From: Chiloscyllium plagiosum
Taxonomy: Eukaryota
DNA length: 64,000 nt
Assembly: GCF_004010195.1 (NCBI RefSeq)
Contig: NC_057719.1
Span: 9,395,804 to 9,459,803 of the forward strand
Direction: 5' to 3'
The notes below the pieces were generated by a model. That model made no database searches, was not told where the DNA came from, and saw only the letters and a program-made list of their open reading frames with translations. The translations under genes and the position numbers were made by a program. Positions 51,499 through 62,720 of the stretch are shown here, in pieces; position 1 is the first letter of the stretch; the number at the start of each line of letters is the position of its first letter.

Positions 51499-51662
51499 CT
51501 CCTCGTCATATATGTTGTCACTTTCTTGTACAGAGGGCTGCTTCTCTCTCAGTGTCCTCCTCAGACTATGTTCCCAGTGCACCCTCTCCTTTATCATGAT
51601 CACACCATCAGCTCCATCAGTAACTGACTCCTGTCGGATTTTACTCTGGTAAAGCTCTGCAC
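51499..51662 (-). CDS. Candidate internal coding exon of an unidentified host gene (164 nt, phase 1/0)
   Basis: Acceptor ttttcacctctctgttaaAG; open frame AELYQSKIRQESVTDG...REKQPSVQESDNIYDEE; donor GAG/GTcaga, which overlaps a SINE head. Confidence 0.25.
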
Positions 51663-52468
51663 CTTTAACAGAGAGGTGAAAACAAGTAATGGGTTTGGAT
51701 TTATTGGGTGGGTGGGGACTGACCATAATAGCAGCTGGGCTCGAGATGCTGTGACCATGGGCAGGGTTCAAAAGGGATGGATGACCTTCAAGGGTGGGGT
51801 GCTCCCAATGCACCCACGGGACACTCAAAAGAAACTCCCTCCCCTGTAGCTGCCTGCCTGACACCAGCCGGTGCATTCAAAGCTTTCTACATGATGTCAG
51901 CATCCCCTTTGAGGGGGTGGTAAAATAGCATCGGTGTTGAAGACCTTCACTGGCCAATTGGCTACTTCAGTGTCTCAAAAGACCCACGTCCCCATTTTCC
52001 TTAATGTTTGAGATAAATGGATTTCCCACGAGAAGGCCATATTTTGAATTATATGTGACTCCACCCTACTCACCTCCCTCAACCACCACCTGAAACCCAC
52101 TGGCAGGAGAACATAAAGTTCAGTTTATGACCAATTTGCTTCAAGTTTTCTTTAATTTATGTTTTCATTTTCAAAACAAAATTGCTGCAGATCCCTGATC
52201 CTTCCATCATTTCTCTGGAAGAGAGTGAGCAGACTCACTCGACGGATGGGGGCAAATCACCCCTCCTCCAGAAGTTGTTTGTCATCTTTGGTGTCCCTCT
52301 GCCTTATGAATTCACTTGTGGAAGGATTAGGAGGACACAGATTTAAAACGGTGACATGAGGAAAACGTGACATGAGGAAAAGTCAATGTCTCACAGTGGG
52401 ATAGTTAAAGCTTGAAATGTGCTGCCAGAGAGTGTGGTGGAGTCAAGGCCCATTGATGCATTCAATAG

Positions 52469-52800
52469 ACAAAGTTAAAAATCACACAACACCAGGTGAT
52501 AGTCCAACAGGTTTATTTGGAAGCACTAGCTGTCGGAGCGCTTCTCCTGCATCAGGTGGTTGTGGAGCAGGACCTTAAGACACAGAATTTATAGCAAAAG
52601 GTTACAGCAAAATCTTTATAGCAAAACCTTTTACTATAAATTATGTGTCTTATGATCCTGCTCCACAACCCCCTGATGAAGAAACAGTGCTCCGAAGGCC
52701 AGTGCTTCCAAATAAACCTGTTGGATTATAACCTGGTGTTGTGTGATTTTTAACTTTGTACACCCCAGTCCAACACCGGCTTGTCCACATCATGACTACC
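52469..52800 (+). mobile_element. PLE-derived palindromic insertion (family B)
   Basis: Arms 52469-52603 and 52625-52759, each with a decayed hammerhead; flanks ttcaatagacaa / ttcaatacacaa. Confidence 0.85.
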
Positions 52801-53419
52801 TTCAATACACAACTTAATGTTATCTCATTAGTTATTTGCATCAGAGAAGAGAGGAGAATGGCACAGGGTGAAGTTCTAAGTCGGAGGGCAGGCACAGATA
52901 ATGGGCTGAATGGCCTGCGTTGGCAGCAGCTTGACATTAACTAACATAAAGAGAAGCTTACACCAGTTGGGGGCTCATCACACTTCTCAGAGATCACCAA
53001 ATGCCTCTGAAATCCAAACAAATTCAAACAGTTACTTTTGGCAAGGTATGAGGCCATCAGTCAGTTTATCTGTTTTTTGTCAGTATTAATTAAAGAGTGT
53101 CAGGGGATTCACTGGGTAAGCAGACAGGGCCTGGATTTAGAAATGACTCAGGAACAATGCTGTAGATCCACTGAGTACAGTGGCATAGGGGTGTACTGAT
53201 ACAGTTCTCTGGAGGGGAGGAGTCATCAGCAAAGTGCCAAAAGGCACATTGTCCCCAAAAATGTAAATCGGCAACAGCAGCGTGGCAACTGGCATTGTGT
53301 GAAACTTTGGTCTCCTTATCTCAAGAAGGAGGTTCTGCTTATGGAAGGTGTGCAACAAAAGGTTTACCAGTCTTGGGATGACAGGACTGATGTATGAGCA
53401 GTGACTGGATCAGTTAGGA

Positions 53420-54085
53420 CACAGGAAACAGAGAATCAGGAGTAGCCCATCCAACCCCTCAAGCCAGGTCCACCATTCAATGAGATCATGGCTAATCTGT
53501 GGCCCACCTGCCTTTGGCCCATATCCCTTAATACCTTTGCTTAACAGAAGCTTATCTATCTCAGATTTAAAACCAATGACTAATCCTGCATCGGTTGCCA
53601 TTTGTGGAGAGAGAGTTCTGAACACCTACAACCCTTTGTGTGGAAAATTGCTTCCTAAAATCTCGCCTGAATGGTCTGACATAAAATGGCGTCGGTTCTA
53701 AAGTCTCTGACCAGTAGAAATAATTTATCTTTATCCACGCTCTATTTTTCTGTTAATATCTTGAAAACTTCGATCAGATCACCCTTTATTCTTCTAAATT
53801 CGAGATACAACAGGTCTCATCTTTCCTCATAACTTAACCTCGTTCTTATAAACATACTTCGTAGTCCTTCCTAAGGTGTGGTGCCCACATCTGCTCACAG
53901 TACTCCAAGTGGGGTCTAACCAGGGTTTGGTATAACTGCAACATAACATCTGCATCCTTATACTCCAGACCTCTCGTTATAAAGACCAGCATTCCTTTAG
54001 CTTTCTTGAGTATGTTTCACGCCTGTTCATGATATTCCAAAGATCTATGCAGCTGAACCCCCAAGTCTTTTTGGATATCCACTGT
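53420..54085 (-). mobile_element. CR1 LINE 3' fragment
   Basis: Minus: YQTLVRPHLEYCEQMW..., GDLIEVFKILT, 3' UTR. Confidence 0.82.
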
Positions 54086-54116
54086 ATTTTAAATCTCTCT
54101 TCTCAATTTAAAAATG

Positions 54117-54265
54117 AGCCCAGCGGTCGTGGAGGGAGCGGCCATGTGGCTGGTGGCATCTGAGCAGTTCTCCTGCTTCTCCGTTGCTTGCCTGACCTGC
54201 TGTGCTTTTCCAGCACCACACTTTCAACTCTGAACTCCAGCATCTGCAGTCCTCAACTTTTCTGC
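54117..54265 (+). mobile_element. PLE-derived insertion (family A) with an inverted ORF-like scrap at its 5' end
   Basis: TSD ttaaaaatg at 54108-54116 and 54266-54274; pLTR tail ...gcatctgcagtcctc; 5' piece is reverse of ggccgctccctccacgac (RSL.D, compare 60823). Confidence 0.72.
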
Positions 54266-55075
54266 TTAAAAATGTACCCCCTAGTCTTGGAAACCCCCCA
54301 CCCTAGGGAAAAGACAACTACCATTAACCCTATCTATATTTTACATTATTTTAAAAACCTCTGAAAGGTCACCCCTCAACCTCCTACACTCCACTGAAAA
54401 AAGTCTCAAACTATCCAGCCTTTCTTTACAACCCAGCAACATCCTGTCACCAAATCTCTTTAGTTTAATAGTATCCTTCCTCTTACTGGGTGACCAAAAC
54501 TGGACACAGTACTCCAGAAGACATCTCACCAATGTCCTGTACAACAAACTCAATGTGACTTCCCAACAACTATACTCAAAGGACTGAGCAATGAAGGCAA
54601 ATGTTCAAAATGCCTTTTTAGCCACCCTGTCTACCTGTGATGCTAAAATTATGTATCTGAACCCCTAGGTCGCTCAGTTCTACAACTTTACCCAAGGCGT
54701 TACCATTAATTGTGTAAGTCCTACTACCCCATTTTGTACCAATATGCAATACCTCGCATTCATCCAGATTGAACTCCATCTGCCATTTTTCAGTCCATTG
54801 ACCCATTTGATCAAGATCCCTTTGAAATCTTTGAAAATCTTCTGCATTCTCTACTGTTTCCTCAATGTGGGTGTCACCTGCAAACTTACTAACCATGTCT
54901 TCTACATTCTCTTCCAAATAATTTACATCAATGACAAAGAAAAGAGGACCCAGAAACGATCCGTGTGGCACACCACTGGTCACAGGCTTCCAGTCTGAAA
55001 AGCAACCTTCCACCACCGCTCTCTGTCACCTGCCATTAAGCCAGTAACGTATCCAATCGGCAAGTTCACCCCGAA
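54266..55075 (-). mobile_element. CR1 ORF2 RT fragment
   Basis: ORFs 54618..55016 (PHGSFLGPLFF..SKFAGDT) and 54341..54553. Confidence 0.9.
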
Positions 55076-55294
55076 TCTCTCTTCAAAAATATTCAATGAG
55101 GTTTTCCAGGCATGATTTGCTTGTCATGAATGCATGTCGGCTCTCCCTGATGAGCTGAAAACTTTCAAGATGTTAATTTTCCCATCCTTGAATATGGACA
55201 ATAACTTTCCCACCAGCTATACTGGAGTTATTGGTCTGAAGTTCCCCTGTTTTCTTCTTTGGCCCTTCCTGCATTAGAGAAGTGACATGTGTAA

Positions 55295-55650
55295 TGGATT
55301 TAGGGGACTCTCACTGAAACATATAAGATTCTAACAGGATAAATGTAGGAAGAATATTCCCAATGATCAGAACCAGGGGTGACAGTCTAAGGATATGGGG
55401 TAGGTCATTTAGGACTGAGATTAGGAGAGATTTCTGCACCCAGAGGGTGGGGAGCCTGTGGAATTCTCTGCCACGGAAAGCAGTTGAGGCCAAAATATTA
55501 AATGTTTTCAAAAAGGAGTTAGATAACGTTTGTAGGGCGAAAGGGTTCAAAGGGTTTTGGGAGAAAGCAGGAACAGGTTTAAATGATCAGCTGCGATCAT
55601 GCTTGATGGGGTAGCAGGGTGATTCACCTGCTCCTGTTCCCTATTCCTAT
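55295..55650 (+). mobile_element. CR1 3' fragment
   Basis: TRGDSLRIWGRSFRTEIRRDFCTQRVGSLWNSLP. Confidence 0.85.
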
Positions 55651-56852
55651 TTTCTAAGCTTTGGTGTTCCTATTGCATTCTGTGTTTTACTGTAACGAAG
55701 GAATTGGAGGCAAATGCACACGCATGATGCATGAAGCTTGCACTGTTCAGTAAATAGGCATCACACAGCTGCAACATTTCTGAATAACGGAGCAAAGGCT
55801 GAATTAAACTTGTTTTTTTACCTTCCTTAATGAGGCCATATTTGTATGCACTGTAATTTTAAATCTCATGCGCAATACTGTTATAATTATGTTCCTTTGT
55901 AACTCTTTCTTTCGCATAGAACAGGTTATTGAGGCATTCAAGAGGATATTGAATGATTTTTTTGGATAGAAATGGTGTGCAGGAATACGAAGAAAAGGGA
56001 GGAGATAAACTCCAGGGGATAGAACCAGTACAGGCACGTTGGGCCAAATGGCCTCCTTCTGTGCTGTAACAATTTGCTGATTCTGTGATTATTTCTAAAA
56101 GTAAAGGTTCAGGGACAAAAGAAAAAAATACTTCGTGTTCACATTGTCCTGTTTCTCTCAACCACCTGCATCGCTGAGTCCTTAAATTAAAATCTTAGGT
56201 TAACCTGTGCCATATTTTGAAAAACAAGCAGAAATGAGTCAAAGGATATAAAGAGCAGGGGTATGCAGTTAATATCTGCAGTTCTGCTTCATACCAATGA
56301 GGGTGAGAGATCACATGTTGGACGTCCTGGATGGAGGCAAGGTCCATCAGTGAGCAAGTCACTCAGGGATTATAGTCGTACACCTTTCTCTAGCTTGTTC
56401 ACACACATACAATAATTTTAACAAGTGTTGTGCATTTGAATCCCTGGCCTGGATTGTCATGAAGGAAAGGCATTGACAAATACTGGGGTCAATGCACTGA
56501 TATGTTCATGTGGATTTGTAATCACCAGACCTGCAGGAGAGACTGCCAATGTGTGCCGCACTACAAGCTATGAAATAAGTTTGCATTAATATTTATTTTT
56601 GTTTTTAATGAGACCTATTACAAGCACAACAGGCATTTTTAGTACACATTCCTCACTGTGCAACAGAGAGCAGCATAGGAATGTTAAACTGCCTGACTCT
56701 TTGTCATTTGTAAACTGCACTCCCGTTGACAAAAAAGTGAAGGATAAAGTATTACATATCCGTTTCACCACAGACTGAAGGAATTGCTTTGAATTTGTTA
56801 CCATCTGGAGAATGTTAACACCTTCCAATTAATCAATGCTTGAGCACATTCA

Positions 56853-57060
56853 TGGGATGTGGCTATTGGTGGCAGGGTCAGTATTTCCTGTTCCTGATTC
56901 TATTGTGGGATGTGGGTATTGCTGGCAGGGTCAGCATTTCCTGTTTTTGATTCTATCACGTGATGTGTGTATTGCTGGCAAAGCAAGCATTTGTTACCCA
57001 TCATGAATTGGTCAGCATGACTTTCTGGGGCCATTTCAGAGGATGGTCGAGAGTTAACCA
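56853..57060 (-). repeat. DeuSINE-like tail with a tandem triplication of about 53 bp
   Basis: gggatgtgg.tattg.tggcagggtcag.atttcctgtt..tgattctat repeated, third copy degenerate. Confidence 0.75.
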
Positions 57061-57195
57061 CGTTGTATTAATATCTAACATTATTACAACCAAGCAAAAC
57101 TGATTAGAATATTTCGGTCTTGCTTTTGACCGATGCAGATTCAATGGGCCGAAGGGTCTTTTTCTGTGTTGTAGACCTCTATGGCCCGAGGACAG

Positions 57196-57850
57196 TGTAG
57201 TGATTGGAACAAGGTTGACCAGACGGATCTCGTGGAGTATGGGTTCCCCGAGTGGCCTGGGTTAACAGTCTCCAATCAGGGAGCCCTGGCTGACAGGTAT
57301 AAGCAGGAATCTCCAACAGGTCAAGGCAGCGGGCCGTGGAGGGGGTCGTTAGGGCCGACTGCCTGCCCCTCTTCTGTGGTTACGTTAGAGCCCGGGTGTC
57401 CTTGGAGAAGGAGCACGCGGTGTCCACCAACACCCTGGAGTTGTTCAGGGAGAGGTGGGCGCCGCGGGGAGTGGAGTGCATCATTTCTCCCTCCAACTCT
57501 ATTTTGATTTAGTCCCTACCCTCCCCTTCACTGTTTTGATCACACAGCACTGCCCTTTGATGTGAAGGGCAGTGCTTGTCACTGGCCACTCGGGTGTTTT
57601 CCTATCTTCCTGGTGGTGGAAATTGAATAAAGAGTTGTGCACTTTGTGTCTTTCACTGTGTCTCACACGTATATACACACACACCATCTGTGCTGGGGAA
57701 AAAAAAATAAAATAAAATAATCAGGAATCTCAGGGATTCTCCTCACTCTAGTAACTGGCTCTGAACTAGCTGGTCAGAGTCCATGTACTGTGTACGTGTA
57801 AATAAAGGGTGACTTGGTGACAGGATACCAGTCTCTGTACAGTGATTTCA
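57196..57850 (+). mobile_element. Solo-LTR-like element (TG...CA) interrupted by a Tx1-like insertion
   Basis: tgtagtg...atttca ends, TATA box and AATAAA; flanks gacag / gacac; homologous to 42913-43199. Confidence 0.75.
57314..57721 (+). mobile_element. Tx1 (L1-group) LINE 3' end with A-rich tail and 10-bp TSD
   Basis: 57315-57512 reads NRSRQRAVEGVVRADCLPLFCGYVRARVSLEKEHAVSTNTLELFRERWAPRG...*; AATAAA; A tail; TSD caggaatctc at 57304-57313 and 57722-57731. Confidence 0.82.
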
Positions 57851-57864
57851 GACACTAATATCTG

Positions 57865-58310
57865 GAACGAGTTGATTGCTTTATAAGGAAAGGTCAGACA
57901 GGCTAGGCGTGTATCCTCTGGAGTTTAGAAAAGTCAGAGGTAACTTAATTGAAACATATAAGATCCTGAGAGGACTTAACCAATTGGATGTGGAAAAGAT
58001 GTTTCCTCTTGTGTAAGAATCTAGAACAGGGAGTTAAAGTTTAAAAATAAGGGGTGCATAATTTGAACAGAGATGAGGAAACATTTTTTTCTTCTCTCAG
58101 AGGGTTATGAGTCTTTGGAATTCCTCAAAAAGTAGTAGATACAGAATCTTTAAATATTTTTAAGGCAGGGGTAGATAGATTCTAGATTACCAAGGGAATG
58201 AAAGATATTGGGATATACAGCGATGCAGAATTGAGGTTAAAATAAGATCGACCATGATCTGATTGAATGGCAGAGCAGATTCAATGGGTCAAATGACTTT
58301 GTCTTGTACT
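57865..58310 (+). mobile_element. CR1 3' fragment
   Basis: RLGVYPLEFRKVRGNLIETYKILRGL and 3' UTR. Confidence 0.82.
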
Positions 58311-58371
58311 TACATATGTATATTGCTGCTGTCTGGAGGCACATGTAGGCCAGACCAGGCAGGTCTTCTTC

Positions 58372-58802
58372 ATAGAGTCATAAATATACAGCACAGAAAC
58401 AGACCATTTGGTCCAACCCAACCAGATATCCCAACCTCATCTAGTCCCATTTGCCAGCACTTGGCCCATATCCTTCTAAACCCTTCCTATTCATATACCC
58501 ATCCAGATGTCTTTTAAATGTTGCAATTGTACCAGCCTCCACCACTTCCCCTGACAGCTCATTCCATACATGCACCACCCTCTGTGTGAAAAAGCTGCCT
58601 CTTAGGTCCCTTCTATATCTTTCCCCTCTCACCCTAAACCTATTCCCTCTAGTTCTGAAGTCTTCCACCCCAGGGGAAAGCCCTTGTCTATTTACCCTAT
58701 CCATGCCCTGCATGATTTTATCAACCTCTATAAGGTCATTCCTCAGCCTCCAACGCTCCAGGGAAAACAGTTTCAGCTTATTCAGCCTCTCCCTATAGCT
58801 CA
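58372..58802 (-). mobile_element. CR1/HER1 3' fragment
   Basis: ORF 58441..58803. Confidence 0.92.
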
Positions 58803-58885
58803 ATAAAAGGAATTAATTAACCTTTTTTTAATGACAATTGATCGTTCTCATGGTTACTGTTACCGAGACTATGTTTTAACTCAGT

Positions 58886-59082
58886 GAAAGTGAGGACTGC
58901 AGATGCTGGAGATTAGAGTCAAGAGTGTGGTGCTGGAAAAGTACAGCAGAGCAGAAGAGAATTGACATTTTGGCCAAAGGCCCTTCATCATTCCTGATGA
59001 AGGGCTTTTGCCCGAAACATCGATTCTCCTGCTCCTTGGATGCTGCCTGACCTGCTGTGCTTTTCCAGCACCACACTCTTGA
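58886..59082. mobile_element. PLE-derived palindromic insertion (family A) centred on the hammerhead core
   Basis: Centre cccttcatca-ttcc-tgatgaaggg (58981-59004); core on + at 58990-59025: CTGATGA A GGGC TTTT GCCC GAAA CATC. Confidence 0.87.
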
Positions 59083-61316
59083 TTTTAATTACTTGAAGTT
59101 AAACCCTAACAGCTGACATTCCGAGATTTGAACCACATCCTCCCAGGCCTCTGAAGTACTAGTACCAATGACATTTGCCGCTACAGCACCATCTCATCTC
59201 GTTGTGTTTAAGTACTTATTGTCCACCTTTGATGACCCTGAGAAGCTGGGGACACAACTGTGTTGACACTTTGCTGAAAGCTAGAGAAACCTGCTCCGAC
59301 CCACCACCATTTACAACCCGCCAACGTCAATCAATCCAACATTCAGGCTTTTCTCTATTCATTGTTGGAGCCATGACATGCCAGTGGTACCCTTGAGTAT
59401 CTCAGCAAATGCCTACCGTTCACACATAAACGAGCATCACAAGGACTCATTGTCCTGTCAATTGCAGAAGCATTGCAGTCAATTGCCACTCAACTTTCAC
59501 CCTTTCGGGTATGGGTTCCTGGATAATGATCTGGAGCTGGAGCATGGCTTTATTCATTGTCCTAGGATCAAGAGATTAATTGCAGAGCTCTCTTAGAGCT
59601 GTCAGAAGCTGACTGAGTTTAAATTGCATAGGCTGGATTTTGGAGCATTTCCTTTCCTCTGAGAGAAAATAAGCAAACAACTCTGGCCTCAGCAAGGATT
59701 TGACACAATGCTTCTGAATCTGCAAACCCAGGAAAGGTAAGTGACCATTAATTCTAATCAAGTCGAGTGTAGCACAAAATTCACAGGCTTTAGAAATAGC
59801 TAGGCTGGTGAAGTACAACAGAATGCATCAAATAATGTCTCTCAGCTTTTATATAATGTTGGCTTTCTAAGACATGATCATGATATCACATCATAGCCTA
59901 TGACCTATTTGTGTAAAGATCCTGGTTTTCATTTTACTGAGGCCACTTACAAAATGATACACTTGAGGGAAATGTGCAACAGATTGGAACCAAATTACAC
60001 CATGCTAGCCCAGACACAATGGTGACTGGGATTGTACATATGTAGGTACATGGAGCTGTAGTGAACATCTATATCAGTCCTTCAATATCACTGTTTAGTT
60101 CTTTTGTTACAGGAGCCAACGTAAGTATTATTTTATCAGCTACACTTTCCCTTCTGAAGGTAAAAACCCACTGCACCACAGCAGACCACAACAGCAGAAC
60201 AGATCAGAGTACAGGAGAAATTCAGAGTTGCAGTAATTTCTTTTTGCTCCAGAAATTTATTCTAAAGCATCAGCTATTAATGTAAAGTGTTACAAATTCA
60301 ACTCAAGAGAACATAATTATGACAGCAGAAGAACGTCAGATTTTAAATTGCAGTGTCGACAAATATGGTTTCATTAGGCAAAAAGTTTGATTCAGCTGCA
60401 GCTCACTTCCTTAGACATGATGCAGCTGTATTCTGTCCTATTGTTGAATGACGCCAGTCTCTTGCAGATTAAAACAGGATGTGCTTCTGCCTCCTAACTC
60501 CTACAACCCTGAATGAAACAGTAAACGGTAGGGAAATCGTGCTGTGGCAATGTCACCAGACCACCAGTCCAAGACCAATGCACCGGGGGTATATGTTCAA
60601 TTCAGGTGGAAACTGGTGGGTAGATTCAGTTAACAAATCTCATACATTATAAAGCTTGCTTCAGTAATTGTGCAGTGATTGGGTTTTTATCCAGGTGGTG
60701 GTGCAATGGCGGTAACTCTAATTCTGGGCTGAAGGATCTGGGTTCAAACCCTACCTGTTCTGGAAAAATGTGTTTGAAAAGGTTGGTTTCAAAGAAAGAC
60801 AGCAGAGTTCTGACTTCGCAGGGATCGTTCCCTTCGGGACACCACAGTCCATTCCACAACCATCAACACCAACCCCCCTTTCACACGGCACCTTCCTATG
60901 TAAGGTGCAAACCTTCACCTCCTCCATGCTCACCATCCAAGGGCCTGAACAGTCTTTCCAGGTGAAGCAGCATTTCACCTGTTCCTCCTCGAATCCTGCA
61001 CCAGAGCGGCCGACTCTACATTGGAGAAACCAAACGCAGAATGGGTGGCCGCTTTGCAGAACACCTCAAGTCTGTGTGCAAGTAGGGCCAGACCTTCTCG
61101 TGTATGGTTATTTCCACACAGTGTCCTGCTCACATACCCACGTGTCTGTCCTTGGCATGCTGCAATATTCCTGTGAAACACAGCGCTAACTGGAAGAACA
61201 ACATCTCATCTTCAGACTAGGCACTTTCCAACCTTCTGGGCTCAATATTGAGTTCAACATCTTCAAACTGTGAATCCATTCCTTCCCTTTCTTTCAGCTT
61301 TGCTTGTTACATTCAC

Positions 61317-61454
61317 CAGGCAAAAGTGAGGATTGCAGATGCTGGAAACCAGAGTTTAGATCAGAGCGCTGCTGGAAAAGCACAACAGGTCAGGCAGCAT
61401 CCGAGGAGCAGGAAAATCGACGTTTCGGGCAAAAACCCTTCATCAGGAATAGAG
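61317..61454 (-). mobile_element. PLE pLTR-derived insertion (family A) with intact hammerhead core and 11-bp TSD
   Basis: TSD gttacattcac at 61306-61316 and 61455-61465; minus 61450-61415: ATTC CTGATGA A GGGT TTTT GCCC GAAAC GTC GATT. Confidence 0.9.
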
Positions 61455-61714
61455 GTTACATTCACTGTCACCATGTCCTCTTTCGTCTTCCCCCACCCCA
61501 CTGGGACTGTCTACTCTTCCCATTCTAGAGTAGACAGGCAGGAGGCTGGAAGAAAACAGCAAGCCAGGTAGCATCAGGGGGTGAAGTCAATGTTTTGGAT
61601 GTAACCCCTCTTCAGGCTAGTCTGGCAGTTAGACACACCATTCTTCTGCCATTCTCACATTCCCATCACCTAATCTGAACTATCAACATCCTTTCTCCCT
61701 TTTCAGAGGTGGTT

Positions 61715-62020
61715 CTGATTAGGTTCCCTACAGCGCGGAAACAGACCCTTCGGCCCAACTAGTCCACACCGACCCTCCGAAGTGTAAACCACCCAGACCC
61801 ATTCACCTACTCTCTACTAATGCACCTATCACTATGAGCAATTTAGCATGACCAATTCACCTGACCTGCACATCTTTGGACCGTGGGAGGAAACCGGAGC
61901 ACCTGAAGGAAACCCACGCAGACACGGGAAGAATGTGCAAACTCCACGCACACAGTTGCCCAAGGCTGGAATTGACCCCGGGTCCCTGGCACTGCGAGGC
62001 AACAGTGCTAACCACTGTGC
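61715..62020 (-). mobile_element. HE1-type V-SINE
   Basis: Head, V core and tail on the minus strand. Confidence 0.9.
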
Positions 62021-62547
62021 TGCCCCACCCTCAGCACTTGACCCCCCCAACCCCAACCCCTCATTATTGCACAAATGCTGTCCCCTCCACACTTCATCAG
62101 TTCTGAACACATCATCTACAGCTAGCTCTCTCTCCACAGATGCTGCCTGACCCGCTGTGATCGTTAGCATTTTCCTTTTCATTAGTAAAGTTCTTTCCTA
62201 GCAGGATGTGAGCATCTGAGTGGGGTAAGGACACAGAAGGGAAAGGTTGAAGTTAAAGTTTGTTCTGAATTACAGATTTACAACAAAATAAATTTGTAAA
62301 TCACTGATAGCTTTTTCTCACCTGTTTCAATGTATGGAAATCAGTGTGTGAAACAGTAGGGTCAGTAATGCAGAGGATGTAAACTCAATAATCAAATAAA
62401 GAAATGAAGAATACTGGAAACTCTTCCTTTTTCTTATGCAGCAAATTGTTGTGATCTGGAATACCCTGGCTGGAAGGATAGTGGAAACAAGTTCAATTGT
62501 AGTTTGCAGGAGAGAACTAAATATAAACATGAAGAGAGAAAAAAATA

Positions 62548-62720
62548 CAGAGGAACCTCGATTATCCGGCAGTCGATTAACCGAATTTCGGATTATCCGA
62601 ACAAGATCGCAAGGTCCTGATGCGTGGCTAACTATGTTGTCCAGCATTGATTATCCGGCATTCAATTAACCGAGCAAAATACTCCTGGACTGTCTCCTGT
62701 GGAGAATCGAGGTTCCTCTG
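62548..62720. mobile_element. Tigger/pogo-like (Tc1/mariner superfamily) MITE, 173 bp
   Basis: TIRs cagaggaacctcgattatcc / ggagaatcgaggttcctctg, flanked by TA at 62546-62547 and 62721-62722. Confidence 0.88.

Larger units (their letters stand above)
60815..62180 (+). mobile_element. Old PLE 3' end (GIY-YIG region plus 3' flank) with three nested inserts
   Basis: FRRDRSLRDT, TIQGPEQSFQVKQHFTCSSSN, LYIGETKRRMGGRFAEHL, LEEQHLIFRLGTFQPSGLNIEF; inserts at 61317-61454, about 61525-61617 and 61715-62020. Confidence 0.82.
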
